DNA of 40,512 nucleotides from a virus (Duplodnaviria; Heunggongvirae; Uroviricota; Caudoviricetes): IMG/VR virus record IMGVR_UViG_2917875804_000001; one strand, 5' to 3'. Shown piece by piece: positions 32,384 to 40,512 of this stretch (position 1 is its first letter; each line of letters starts with the position of its first letter). The notes under the pieces were generated by a model. It saw only the letters and a program-made list of their open reading frames with translations, ran no database searches and was not told where the DNA came from. The position numbers and the translations under genes were made by a program.

Positions 32384-33076
32384 ATGAAAAAAGAAACTCT
32401 TGCTGATCGCTTAAACCTAGCGATGGAACAATCTGGAATGTCTCAAGGCGCTCTTGCAAAGGCGTCTGGCGTAGCTCAACCCACAATCTGGAGACTGACA
32501 AGCGGCAACGCGCGCGGCTCAACAAAAATTGTTGAAATAGCTAATGCATTGGGTGTTCGAACAGAGTGGCTCTCATCAGGCATAGGCCCGATGAGAAATG
32601 ACGGTCAACAATCAGGGAAGCCTACTGTCAACCATTCCAAATACTTCAAGATTGACGTTCTTGATATAGAAGTGAGTGCCGGGCCGGGTGTCATCAACCG
32701 TGAGTTTGTAGAAGTCCTACGCTCGGTTGAGTACTCATTTGACGATGCTCGTCACATGTTCGATGGTAGGAAGGCGGAAAATATCCGCATCATTAACGTG
32801 CGTGGTGACAGCATGTCAGGAACGATCGAACCAGGTGATCTGCTGTTCGTTGATATCACGGTTAAATCTTTCGACGGTGATGGTATCTATGCGTTTCTGT
32901 ATGACGACACCGCCCATGTAAAGCGCCTGCAAATGATGAAGGATAAGCTGCTGGTTATCTCTGATAACAAGAGCTACTCACCGTGGGACCCGATCGAGAA
33001 AGACGAGATGAACCGGGTGTTCATCTTCGGTAAGGTTATTGGGAGCATGCCGCAAACTTACCGAAAACATGGTTGA
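32384..33076 (+). CDS. CI-type prophage repressor (N-terminal HTH plus C-terminal LexA/S24-type autocleavage domain)
   Basis: 230-aa ORF: N-terminal HTH (QGALAKASGVAQPTIWRLTSGN), C-terminal ...INVRGDSMSGTIEPGDLLFVD...VKRL... with the Ser/Lys dyad context; divergent from the cro-like gene. Confidence 0.85.
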   Translation: MKKETLADRLNLAMEQSGMSQGALAKASGVAQPTIWRLTSGNARGSTKIVEIANALGVRTEWLSSGIGPMRNDGQQSGKPTVNHSKYFKIDVLDIEVSAGPGVINREFVEVLRSVEYSFDDARHMFDGRKAENIRIINVRGDSMSGTIEPGDLLFVDITVKSFDGDGIYAFLYDDTAHVKRLQMMKDKLLVISDNKSYSPWDPIEKDEMNRVFIFGKVIGSMPQTYRKHG

Positions 33077-33115
33077 GTTTTAAACCATTTTTTAGATTTA
33101 TAAGGGATGTGAGTT

Positions 33116-33367
33116 TTGGGTTTTTCTTTAATAAACATAGATATGGGTGATGAAACAGTCCCTAAATCTATAATTGCCGCCCATTCGTTTTGGAGCGACA
33201 TTTACACCAAGTCACCTTTTCTTGGTGCAATGCTTGTTCTTTCACTTCCTGTCATTATCATTTACTTAATTTATACATGGGGTAGTATACGAAAAAGTGA
33301 ACGACTTCTCGATGAGAGAGTCAATGATATCAGAGCAAGGCAAAAGAAACGGAAAGGAGGTAAGTAA
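33116..33367 (+). CDS. Small membrane protein co-transcribed downstream of the repressor (likely start at internal ATG near 33140)
   Basis: 83-aa track ORF with one central TM helix (FLGAMLVLSLPVIIIYLIYTW) and a basic C-terminus; occupies the lambda rexA/rexB position. Confidence 0.45.
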   Translation: MGFSLINIDMGDETVPKSIIAAHSFWSDIYTKSPFLGAMLVLSLPVIIIYLIYTWGSIRKSERLLDERVNDIRARQKKRKGGK

Positions 33368-33880
33368 TGATGACGTGGATTTATGCCGCTGTTGCCAGTG
33401 CTTGCGTGCTTTCTTATTGGATTTTCTGTAGAAAAAAACGCCCTAAAACACCAAGCGAAAGCGGTTGAGATGCTTAGTACATTCCTTAATGATGAAAATT
33501 TATCAGACAAGGAAAAAAATAAAATGTACCTAAATTACAAGCTAATGCGGATGTGGTTCGCATTGCCATTGATGCTCATAGCTTCTCCATTCATTATCGT
33601 GTTTTATTTAGCCTCCAGCAAAAATAAACCCGAGGATATTATCAAGGAGAACTCTGAGGAATTTGACCGCTTTTTCGCAGTTTTAATGCAAATGTACATG
33701 GCAAAAAACCCTATAATTTCAATGATATCCATGACATTATTCGGATTTATTTTAGCTATATTTCTAGTTATTGGCTCTGTTTTGAACAAAGCATCAAAAA
33801 TCCCTAATTACACGATGCTGCTTTCCGGAGTGATCACAAAAATTGTTGCACTAAAATTAAAAGAAAAGCACGCTCACTGA
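33368..33880 (+). CDS. Membrane protein (SieB-like by position only, not by recognised similarity); 5' end ambiguous between two overlapping frames
   Basis: Track ORF 33383..33880 (165 aa, multiple TM helices). A 33-codon hydrophobic ORF from ATGATG at about 33368 overlaps its start in another frame across an A7 run. Confidence 0.45.
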
Positions 33881-34039
33881 TATGACAGACCCGGCCACCG
33901 TGCCGGGTTTTCTTTTGTCCCCTCCCCTCATCACACACCGTTCAAAAAAACCACCACAACCTCGCTTCAGTTATAGCTATGCGATTCAAGTCACAAAATT
34001 AATTCTTTTTGCTATCAAACAGTTAATATCAAAACACAT

Positions 34040-34095
34040 CAATCAATAGCAATAAGTATTGATATCACCAATAGCAATAGCTATCATCACCATAT
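34040..34095. promoter_or_regulatory. Putative OL/pL operator region carrying the same AATAGCAATA motif as OR
   Basis: CAATAGCAATAAGTATTG and CCAATAGCAATAGCTATC motifs about 100-150 bp upstream of the first pL-operon ORF. Confidence 0.4.
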
Positions 34096-34185
34096 CGCAA
34101 CAACACAACGATACGGCAACCACCTGATTCACCGTTGCGATGACCGCTTAGATCCGCAGCTTGAATTTCAGCAGGCTACGGGGGA

Positions 34186-34572
34186 GTGCGAGGGGTGAAA
34201 CGGACGCGTGAACGTCGGTGTGACCAGCTGAAATCAACTCAACACCTCATACCTCAGTCGCTTCAACGAGGCGACTTAGTTATGACAACCGGCGGCCATC
34301 CACCGCCTGAATACGCGCAGAAGTCTCTATATGTTCAGCAGCCCAGCTTACGGGCAGGAGTTTTTATGGTTCATCAACATTACGGAACGCAGACCGTTAA
34401 TCGCGGTGCGGTCATGCCAGGAATGCTGGTCAAACACAAAGATGGTACCTGGACTGCATCAGCTAATTTACGCGGACGGCTTTATCTGCATCGCGGCATC
34501 GAGCGCACTTATACCCGTGACTTGCTCGTGGAAGTTTTTCTCGACGGACGCGGCAACGGCCTGAATCACTAA
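34186..34572 (+). CDS. Hypothetical early-left protein with Arg-rich N-terminus (GTG start in track; alternative ATG gives MTTGGHPPPEY...)
   Basis: 128-aa ORF, first gene downstream of the putative OL and immediately upstream of gam; N-terminal KRTRERR stretch. Confidence 0.4.
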   Translation: MRGVKRTRERRCDQLKSTQHLIPQSLQRGDLVMTTGGHPPPEYAQKSLYVQQPSLRAGVFMVHQHYGTQTVNRGAVMPGMLVKHKDGTWTASANLRGRLYLHRGIERTYTRDLLVEVFLDGRGNGLNH

Positions 34573-34647
34573 TCCCCTTTCCTGTTTTTCTAATCAGCCT
34601 GGCATTTCGCGGGCGATATTTTCACAGCCATTTTCAGGAGTTCAGCC

Positions 34648-34944
34648 ATGAACGCTTATTACATTCAGGATCGTCTTGAGGCTCAGAGCTGGGTGCGTCA
34701 CTACCAGCAGATCGCCCGTGAAGAGAAAGAGGCAGAACTGGCAGACGACATGGAAAAAGGCCTGCCCCAGCACCTGTTTGAATCGCTATGCATCGATCAT
34801 TTGCAACGCCACGGGGCCAGCAAAAAAGCCATTACCCGTGCGTTTGATGACGATGTTGAGTTTCAGGAGCGCATGGCAGAACACATCCGGTACATGGTTG
34901 AAACCATTGCTCACCATCAGGTTGATATTGATTCAGAGGTATAA
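34648..34944 (+). CDS. gam: Gam (RecBCD inhibitor)
   Basis: Near-identical to lambda Gam short form ([58 protein letters not shown]...). Confidence 0.9.
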   Translation: MNAYYIQDRLEAQSWVRHYQQIAREEKEAELADDMEKGLPQHLFESLCIDHLQRHGASKKAITRAFDDDVEFQERMAEHIRYMVETIAHHQVDIDSEV

Positions 34945-34949
34945 AACGG

Positions 34950-35735
34950 ATGAGTACAGCACTCGCAACGCTGGCAGGGAAGCTGGCTGAACGTGTCGGC
35001 ATGGATTCTGTCGACCCACAGGAACTGATCACCACTCTTCGCCAGACAGCATTTAAAGGCGATGCCAGCGATGCGCAGTTCATCGCATTGCTGATCGTCG
35101 CCAACCAATACGGCCTTAATCCGTGGACGAAAGAAATTTACGCCTTCCCTGATAAGCAGAACGGCATCGTTCCGGTGGTGGGCGTTGATGGCTGGTCCCG
35201 CATCATCAACGAAAACCAGCAGTTTGACGGCATGGACTTTGAACAGGACAACGAATCCTGCACATGCCGGATTTACCGCAAAGACCGCAATCATCCGATC
35301 TGCGTTACCGAGTGGATGGATGAATGCCGCCGCGAACCATTCAAAACCCGCGAAGGCAGAGAAATCACGGGGCCGTGGCAGTCGCATCCCAAACGGATGT
35401 TACGACATAAAGCCATGATTCAGTGTGCCCGTCTCGCCTTCGGATTTGCTGGTATCTATGACAAGGATGAAGCCGAGCGCATTGTCGAAAATACCGCATA
35501 CACTGCAGAACGTCAGCCGGAACGCGACATCACTCCGGTTAACGATGAAACCATGCAGGAGATTAACACTCTGCTGATCGCCCTGGATAAAACATGGGAT
35601 GACGACTTATTGCCGCTCTGTTCCCAGATATTTCGCCGCGACATTCGCGCATCGTCAGAACTGACACAGGCCGAAGCAGTGAAAGCTCTTGGATTCCTGA
35701 AACAGAAAGCCACTGAGCAGAAGGTGGCAGCATGA
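34950..35735 (+). CDS. bet: Bet (Red beta single-strand annealing recombinase)
   Basis: Essentially identical to lambda Bet over the full 261 aa. Confidence 0.95.
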   Translation: MSTALATLAGKLAERVGMDSVDPQELITTLRQTAFKGDASDAQFIALLIVANQYGLNPWTKEIYAFPDKQNGIVPVVGVDGWSRIINENQQFDGMDFEQDNESCTCRIYRKDRNHPICVTEWMDECRREPFKTREGREITGPWQSHPKRMLRHKAMIQCARLAFGFAGIYDKDEAERIVENTAYTAERQPERDITPVNDETMQEINTLLIALDKTWDDDLLPLCSQIFRRDIRASSELTQAEAVKALGFLKQKATEQKVAA

Positions 35736-36412
35736 CACCGGACATTATCCTGCAGCGTACCGGGATCGACGTGAGAGCTGTCGAACAGGGGGATGATGCA
35801 TGGCACAAATTACGGCTCGGCGTCATCACCGCTTCAGAAGTTCACAACGTGATAGCAAAGCCCCGCTCAGGAAAGAAGTGGCCTGACATGAAAATGTCCT
35901 ACTTCCACACCCTGCTGGCTGAGGTTTGCACCGGTGTGGCTCCGGAAGTTAATGCTAAGGCGCTGGCCTGGGGAAAACAGTACGAGAACGACGCCAGAAC
36001 CCTGTTTGAATTCACTTCCGGCGTGAATGTTACTGAATCCCCGATCATCTATCGCGACGAAAGTATGCGCACCGCCTGCTCTCCCGATGGTTTATGCAGT
36101 GACGGCAATGGCCTTGAGCTGAAATGCCCGTTTACCTCCCGGGATTTCATGAAGTTCCGGCTCGGTGGTTTCGAGGCCATAAAGTCGGCTTACATGGCCC
36201 AGGTGCAGTACAGCATGTGGGTGACGCGAAAAGATGCCTGGTACTTTGCCAACTATGACCCGCGTATGAAGCGTGAAGGCCTGCATTATGTCGTGATTGA
36301 GCGGGATGAAAAGTACATGGCGAGTTTTGACGAGATCGTGCCGGAGTTCATCGAAAAAATGGACGAGGCACTGGCTGAAATTGGTTTTGTATTTGGGGAG
36401 CAATGGCGATGA
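35732..36412 (+). CDS. exo: Exo (Red alpha 5'-3' exonuclease)
   Basis: Matches lambda Exo ([65 protein letters not shown]...). Confidence 0.95.
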   Translation: MTPDIILQRTGIDVRAVEQGDDAWHKLRLGVITASEVHNVIAKPRSGKKWPDMKMSYFHTLLAEVCTGVAPEVNAKALAWGKQYENDARTLFEFTSGVNVTESPIIYRDESMRTACSPDGLCSDGNGLELKCPFTSRDFMKFRLGGFEAIKSAYMAQVQYSMWVTRKDAWYFANYDPRMKREGLHYVVIERDEKYMASFDEIVPEFIEKMDEALAEIGFVFGEQWR

Positions 36413-36591
36413 AGCATCCTCACGATAATATCCGGGTAGGCGCGATTACTTTCGTCTACTCCGTTACAAAGCGAGGCTGGGTATTTCCCGGCCTTTCTGT
36501 TATCCGAAATCCACTGAAAGCACAGCGGCTGGCTGAGGAGATAAATAATAAACGAGGGGCTGTATGCACAAAGCATCTCCTGTTGAGTTAA
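36403..36591 (+). CDS. Hypothetical small early protein
   Basis: 62-aa ORF overlapping the exo stop, co-oriented. Confidence 0.4.
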   Translation: MAMKHPHDNIRVGAITFVYSVTKRGWVFPGLSVIRNPLKAQRLAEEINNKRGAVCTKHLLLS

Positions 36592-36755
36592 GAACGAGTA
36601 TCGAGATGGCACATAGCCTCGCTCAAATTGGAGTCAGGTTTGTGCCAATACCAGTAGAAACAGACGAAGAATTTCATACGTTAGCCGCATCCCTTTCACA
36701 AAAGCTGGAAATGATGGCGGCGAAAGCAGAGGCAAACGAGAGAGAGCTTGCATGA
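36564..36755 (+). CDS. Hypothetical small early protein (YdaF/DUF1391-like as recalled)
   Basis: 63-aa ORF; ...[45 protein letters not shown]. Confidence 0.45.
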   Translation: MHKASPVELRTSIEMAHSLAQIGVRFVPIPVETDEEFHTLAASLSQKLEMMAAKAEANERELA

Positions 36756-36835
36756 CAACAACAGAATGCATTTTTCTGGCGGCGGGCTTCATATTCTGTG
36801 TGCTTATGCTTTCCGGCATGGGGCTTGTTCAGTGA
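36752..36835 (+). CDS. 27-aa hydrophobic peptide (MTTTECIFLAAGFIFCVLMLSGMGLVQ); speculative
   Basis: ATG overlaps the upstream stop (ATGA); single predicted TM helix. Confidence 0.25.
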   Translation: MTTTECIFLAAGFIFCVLMLSGMGLVQ

Positions 36836-37047
36836 CACCTCAGCAGAAAAAACGCCCTTCGCAGCATTGCCCGTCAAGCTAACTCTGAAATCAAAAAAGC
36901 CAGACAGCAGTTTCCGGATAAAAACGTCGATGACATTTGCCGTAGCGTACTGAAGAAGCACCGCGAAACGGTAACGCTGATGGGATTCACACCGACTCAT
37001 TTAAGCCTGGCGATCGGCATGTTAAACGGCGTCTTTAAGGAGCGATG
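36832..37047 (+). CDS. Hypothetical early protein of about 70 aa, apparently frameshifted at an A6 run (36847-36852)
   Basis: GTG at 36832 reads into the A-run and stops; the adjacent frame is open for about 65 codons (...NALRSIARQANSEIKKARQQFPDKNVDDICRSVLKKHRETVTLMGFTPTHLSLAIGMLNGVFKER) with no start codon of its own. Confidence 0.3.
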
Positions 37048-37147
37048 AACATGAAAAGCAAAATCATCAGGGAGCTACAGGCTCCTTTTTTTATTATTCG
37101 CATTCACCCTCAAGCGTATTAACCAACAATTCAGGGATTAATGGAAG

Positions 37148-37366
37148 ATGGCAGACATCATTGATTCAGCATCAGAAATCGAAGAATTACAGCGCAATAC
37201 AGCAATAAAAATGCGTCGTCTGAACTACCAGACTGTAACTGCCACTCATTGTTGTGAGTGTGGCGATCCGATAGATGAGCGAAGACGCCTGGTCGTTCAG
37301 GGTTGTCGGACTTGTGCAAGTTGCCAGGAGGAGATCGAACTTAAGAACAAACAATGGGGATTGTGA
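37148..37366 (+). CDS. TraR/DksA-family C4 zinc-finger protein
   Basis: 72-aa ORF with CxxC...(17)...CxxC (CCECGDPIDERRR...CRTCASCQEE). Confidence 0.7.
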   Translation: MADIIDSASEIEELQRNTAIKMRRLNYQTVTATHCCECGDPIDERRRLVVQGCRTCASCQEEIELKNKQWGL

Positions 37367-37413
37367 TGGCCTCAAAGCAGCAAATTTCAACATCGTCCAA
37401 CTGAGGTGTAAAA

Positions 37414-37692
37414 ATGTTCAGAATCATTTTTCCTAACACCTGGTACGTCGACCACCACGGCACTCCCTGCAAAATCCTGCGTTCTACCCACAACAAAGTT
37501 CACTACATCCGAAAAGGCAGAACATGTATCGCCAGCATGTTCCGCTTTAATCATGACTTTGAACCTGTGAATAAAGCTGATGCAGATCGGATAGCAGAAG
37601 AGATCGAAACGGCAGAACACATTAAGAAGTTACGTGACATGCGTTCAAAAAGCAGAGGTAACCATGGAATCATACAGCCTCACACTCGATGA
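37414..37692 (+). CDS. Hypothetical protein
   Basis: 92-aa ORF upstream of xis, co-oriented. Confidence 0.4.
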   Translation: MFRIIFPNTWYVDHHGTPCKILRSTHNKVHYIRKGRTCIASMFRFNHDFEPVNKADADRIAEEIETAEHIKKLRDMRSKSRGNHGIIQPHTR

Positions 37693-38014
37693 GGCCTGTC
37701 AGTTTCTCAAGATATCCAGACCTACCGCTACCAACTGGATACGCACAGGGCGTCTGCAGGCAACACGCAAAGATCCCACTAAGAATAAATCTCCTTACCT
37801 CACAACACGACAAGCCTGCATTGCGGCGCTTCAGTCTCCGCTGCATACTGTCCAGGTGAGCGCGGGTGATGGCATAACAGAGGAAAGAAAATGTCACTCT
37901 TCCGCAGAGGTGAAATATGGTACGCCAGTTTCACATTGCCGAACGGTAAAAGATTTAAACAGTCTCTTGGAACAAAGGACAAAAGGCAGGCGACAGAGCT
38001 CCATGACAAGCTAA
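37664..38014 (+). CDS. xis: Excisionase (P22-type Xis), overlapping the int start
   Basis: [38 protein letters not shown]... HTH excisionase-like N-terminus preceded by a GAGG ribosome-binding site; the track ORF begins 30 nt upstream. Confidence 0.65.
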   Translation: MESYSLTLDEACQFLKISRPTATNWIRTGRLQATRKDPTKNKSPYLTTRQACIAALQSPLHTVQVSAGDGITEERKCHSSAEVKYGTPVSHCRTVKDLNSLLEQRTKGRRQSSMTS

Positions 38015-39054
38015 AGGCTGAAGCATGGCGGGTCAGCAAACTTGGTAAAATACCTGATATGACGTTCGAGGAGGCGTGTGTCAGGTGGCTCGAAGAGAAA
38101 GCACATAAAAAATCACTGGACGATGACAAAAGCCGGATCGGATTCTGGCTTCAACATTTCGCAGGAATGCAACTAAGAGACATTACTGAATCAAAAATTT
38201 ATTCAGCAATGCAGAAAATGACGAACCGGCGTCATGAGGAAAACTGGAAACTCAGGGCAGAAGCATGCAGAAAAAAAGGGAAACCAGTTCCAGAATACAC
38301 GCCAAAACCAGCGTCCGTTGCAACGAAGGCAACGCATCTTTCGTTTATAAAGGCCCTGCTAAGAGCCGCAGAGCGTGAATGGAAAATGCTGGATAAGGCA
38401 CCAATTATTAAAGTGCCTCAACCAAAGAATAAACGGATCCGCTGGCTGGAGCCTCATGAAGCACAAAGGCTGACTGATGAATGTCCGGAGCCATTAAAGT
38501 CTGTTGTTGAATTTGCACTGGCAACAGGTTTAAGACGCTCGAACATCATCAACCTTGAATGGCAACAAATAGACATGCAGCGCCGGGTGGCCTGGATAAA
38601 CCCGGAAGAGAGTAAATCAAACCGCGCGATTGGCGTTGCGCTGAATGATACTGCATGTCGCGTATTGAAAAAACAAATCGGGAATCATCACCGTTGGGTA
38701 TTTGTGTATAAGGAAAGCTGTACCAAACCAGACGGAACGAAAGCGCCAACAGTCAGGAAGATGCGGTATGACGCAAACACAGCCTGGAAAGCGGCGCTGA
38801 GACGAACAGGTATTGATGATTTCAGATTTCACGACTTGAGACACACCTGGGCAAGTTGGCTGGTTCAAGCCGGAGTCCCGTTATCAGTGTTACAGGAAAT
38901 GGGAGGCTGGGAGTCTATCGAAATGGTTCGTCGATATGCTCACCTCGCACCTAATCACCTTACCGAACACGCACGGCAAATAGACTCGATTCTGAACCCA
39001 TCGGTCCCAAATTTGTCCCAGTCAAGAAATAAGGAAGGTACTAATGATGTGTAA
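37891..39054 (+). CDS. int: Tyrosine integrase (P22-type, thrW-specific)
   Basis: 387-aa ORF adjacent to the tRNA; C-terminal catalytic region ...[43 protein letters not shown]-terminus [34 protein letters not shown] resembles P22 Int. Confidence 0.9.
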   Translation: MSLFRRGEIWYASFTLPNGKRFKQSLGTKDKRQATELHDKLKAEAWRVSKLGKIPDMTFEEACVRWLEEKAHKKSLDDDKSRIGFWLQHFAGMQLRDITESKIYSAMQKMTNRRHEENWKLRAEACRKKGKPVPEYTPKPASVATKATHLSFIKALLRAAEREWKMLDKAPIIKVPQPKNKRIRWLEPHEAQRLTDECPEPLKSVVEFALATGLRRSNIINLEWQQIDMQRRVAWINPEESKSNRAIGVALNDTACRVLKKQIGNHHRWVFVYKESCTKPDGTKAPTVRKMRYDANTAWKAALRRTGIDDFRFHDLRHTWASWLVQAGVPLSVLQEMGGWESIEMVRRYAHLAPNHLTEHARQIDSILNPSVPNLSQSRNKEGTNDV

Positions 39055-39068
39055 CTTATTGATTTAGA

Positions 39069-39144
39069 TGGTGCCGATAATAGGAGTCGAACCTACGACC
39101 TTCGCATTACGAATGCGCTGCTCTACCAACTGAGCTATATCGGC
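39069..39144 (-). tRNA. thrW: tRNA-Thr (anticodon CGU), thrW; prophage attachment site at its 3' end
   Basis: Reverse complement reads GCCGATATAGCTCAGTTGGTAGAGCAGCGCATTCGTAATGCGAAGGTCGTAGGTTCGACTCCTATTATCGGCACCA, with cloverleaf features and a CGT anticodon. Confidence 0.9.
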
Positions 39145-39195
39145 CCTGAAAGGACATGTTCACGAACGTGAATCACGGTGGACAAGGTTAAAACT

Positions 39196-39254
39196 AACCG
39201 GGCGATGCGTCAATGGCCTTGTGAATCAAATGGCTACTTTTGCATCACCCGGTT
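39196..39254. terminator. Large inverted repeat (AACCGGGCGATGC ... GCATCACCCGGTT) with flanking T-tracts between proA and thrW; possible proA terminator
   Basis: 13-bp near-perfect inverted repeat read directly; the loop is long, so terminator function is uncertain. Confidence 0.35.
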
Positions 39255-39258
39255 TTAT

Positions 39259-40512
39259 TTACGCACGAATGGTGTAATCACCAATGCCGATCCACTTGTA
39301 AGTGGTCAGTGCTTCCAGCCCCATTGGGCCACGCGCGTGGAGTTTTTGTGTGCTTACCGCCACTTCCGCACCCAGTCCAAACTGGCCGCCGTCGGTAAAA
39401 CGCGTAGAGGCGTTAACGTAAACAGCGGACGAATCCACTTCGTTAACAAAACGCTGGGCGTTGCGCATATCGCGGGTCAGGATCGCATCGGAGTGTTGTG
39501 TGCCGTGTTCACGAATATGGGCGATGGCATCGTCAAGATCGCTGACGATTTTGACGTTCAAATCTAATGACAGAAACTCATCGTCATACTCTTCCGCTTT
39601 AACAGCCACCACCTTCGCGGGGCCTGTCTGCAACTGCGCCATTGCGCCAGCATCTGCGTGTAATGTCACGCTGCTTTCCGCCATTTGTTTGCTTAATGCG
39701 GGCAGGAAGCTATCAGCGATGTTTTTATTCACCAGCAACGTTTCTACCGTATTACATGTGCTCGGACGCTGGGTTTTCGCGTTGACGATCACTTTTAATG
39801 CTTCAGCGATCTCTGCACTTTCATCAACGTAAATATGGCATACGCCTATACCACCTGTGATCACCGGGATCGTCGACTGTTCGCGGCACAGTTTATGCAA
39901 ACCAGCCCCGCCGCGCGGGATCAGCATGTCGATGTATTTATCCATACGCAGCATTTCACTGACCAACGCACGGTCAGGATTATCAATTGCCTGTACTGCA
40001 CCTGCCGGTAAACCGCAGGATTTCAGGGCGTCCTGAATCACCGCCACCGTTGCAGCGTTAGTGCGACAGGTTTCTTTGCCGCCACGCAGGATCACCGCGT
40101 TACCCGTTTTCAGGCACAGCGAAGCGACATCAACCGTCACGTTCGGCCGCGCTTCATAAATCACGCCAATCACCCCCAGCGGCACGCGACGACGCTCCAG
40201 ACGCAGTCCGCTGTCCAGCACACCGCCGTCAATCACCTGCCCTACCGGATCGGCGAGGTTACACACCTGGCGCACATCATCGGCAATGCCTTTCAGCCGT
40301 GCGGGCGTCAGTGCCAGACGGTCAAGCATCGCTTCGCTGAGGCCATTAGCACGCGCGTCAGCAACATCCTGGGCGTTAGCGTTGAGGATGCTTTCGCTTT
40401 GTGCTTCCAGTTCATCAGCAATCTTCTCCAGCACGCGATTTTTTTCGCGGCTGGAGAGTTGCGCTAATTTATACGAGGCTTGCTTCGCGGCAATGCCCAT
40501 TTGTTCCAGCAT
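39259..40512 (-). CDS. proA: Gamma-glutamyl phosphate reductase ProA (complete; ATG at the last three bases of the window)
   Basis: 417-aa ORF matching E. coli ProA ([40 protein letters not shown]...). Confidence 0.95.
   Translation of the reverse strand: MLEQMGIAAKQASYKLAQLSSREKNRVLEKIADELEAQSESILNANAQDVADARANGLSEAMLDRLALTPARLKGIADDVRQVCNLADPVGQVIDGGVLDSGLRLERRRVPLGVIGVIYEARPNVTVDVASLCLKTGNAVILRGGKETCRTNAATVAVIQDALKSCGLPAGAVQAIDNPDRALVSEMLRMDKYIDMLIPRGGAGLHKLCREQSTIPVITGGIGVCHIYVDESAEIAEALKVIVNAKTQRPSTCNTVETLLVNKNIADSFLPALSKQMAESSVTLHADAGAMAQLQTGPAKVVAVKAEEYDDEFLSLDLNVKIVSDLDDAIAHIREHGTQHSDAILTRDMRNAQRFVNEVDSSAVYVNASTRFTDGGQFGLGAEVAVSTQKLHARGPMGLEALTTYKWIGIGDYTIRA

Larger units (their letters stand above)
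2316..39068. mobile_element. Mosaic lambdoid prophage (lambda-like early/lysis genes, HK97-like head, Mu/SfV-like contractile tail) integrated at thrW; left end truncated or rearranged
   Basis: Contiguous phage gene order from tail-fibre assembly gene to int next to the tRNA; left att repeat not found in the window. Confidence 0.8.

Noticed and set aside
39054-39069. Explicit att core coordinates at the int/tRNA junction
   Set aside because: The second copy of the core was not found in the window, so the core cannot be delimited from sequence alone; the integration site is inferred only from the int-thrW adjacency.

Overview
Enterobacterial (E. coli/Shigella-type) chromosome segment. The right end holds proA (39259..40512, -) and tRNA-Thr(CGU) thrW (39069..39144, -). 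A mosaic lambdoid prophage of about 36.7 kb (roughly 2.3 kb to 39.06 kb) is integrated at thrW, with a P22-type int/xis pair next to the tRNA. Reading from int leftwards: a lambda-like pL arm (Red gam-bet-exo plus small early genes), a cI-type repressor with two small membrane-protein genes behind it, a divergent frameshifted cro-like/YdaT-like pair, lambda O (with ori iterons), P and ren, a nin region (YbcN-like, NinE-like, YbcO-like, RusA, YlcG-like), a Q-position protein, a lambda-type lysis cassette (holin, R endolysin, Rz/Rz1), HNH endonuclease with P27-type TerS and TerL, HK97-type portal/protease/major capsid, and a Mu/SfV-type contractile tail and baseplate ending in a tail fibre and a C-terminally truncated tail-fibre assembly gene. 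Left of the prophage are a frameshifted acyltransferase-3 gene and the 3' fragment of an IS3-family transposase at the window edge. Candidates for an undescribed system are four accessory (moron) loci of unknown function: a DUF3800-like gene antisense in the Q-S slot (23995..24799), an AT-rich locus with its own terminator (27578..28301), two small membrane-protein genes behind cI (33116..33880), and an OB-fold membrane protein inside the tail module (8444..8890). None could be assigned a function from sequence alone. A striking technical or biological signal is that at least ten genes are split by single-base frame changes, mostly at A/T homopolymers. All family assignments are from reading the translations and recalled motifs; no database search was run. 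My base-level reading disagreed with the ORF track by one position at one place (about 33360), so exact homopolymer lengths should be treated as approximate.
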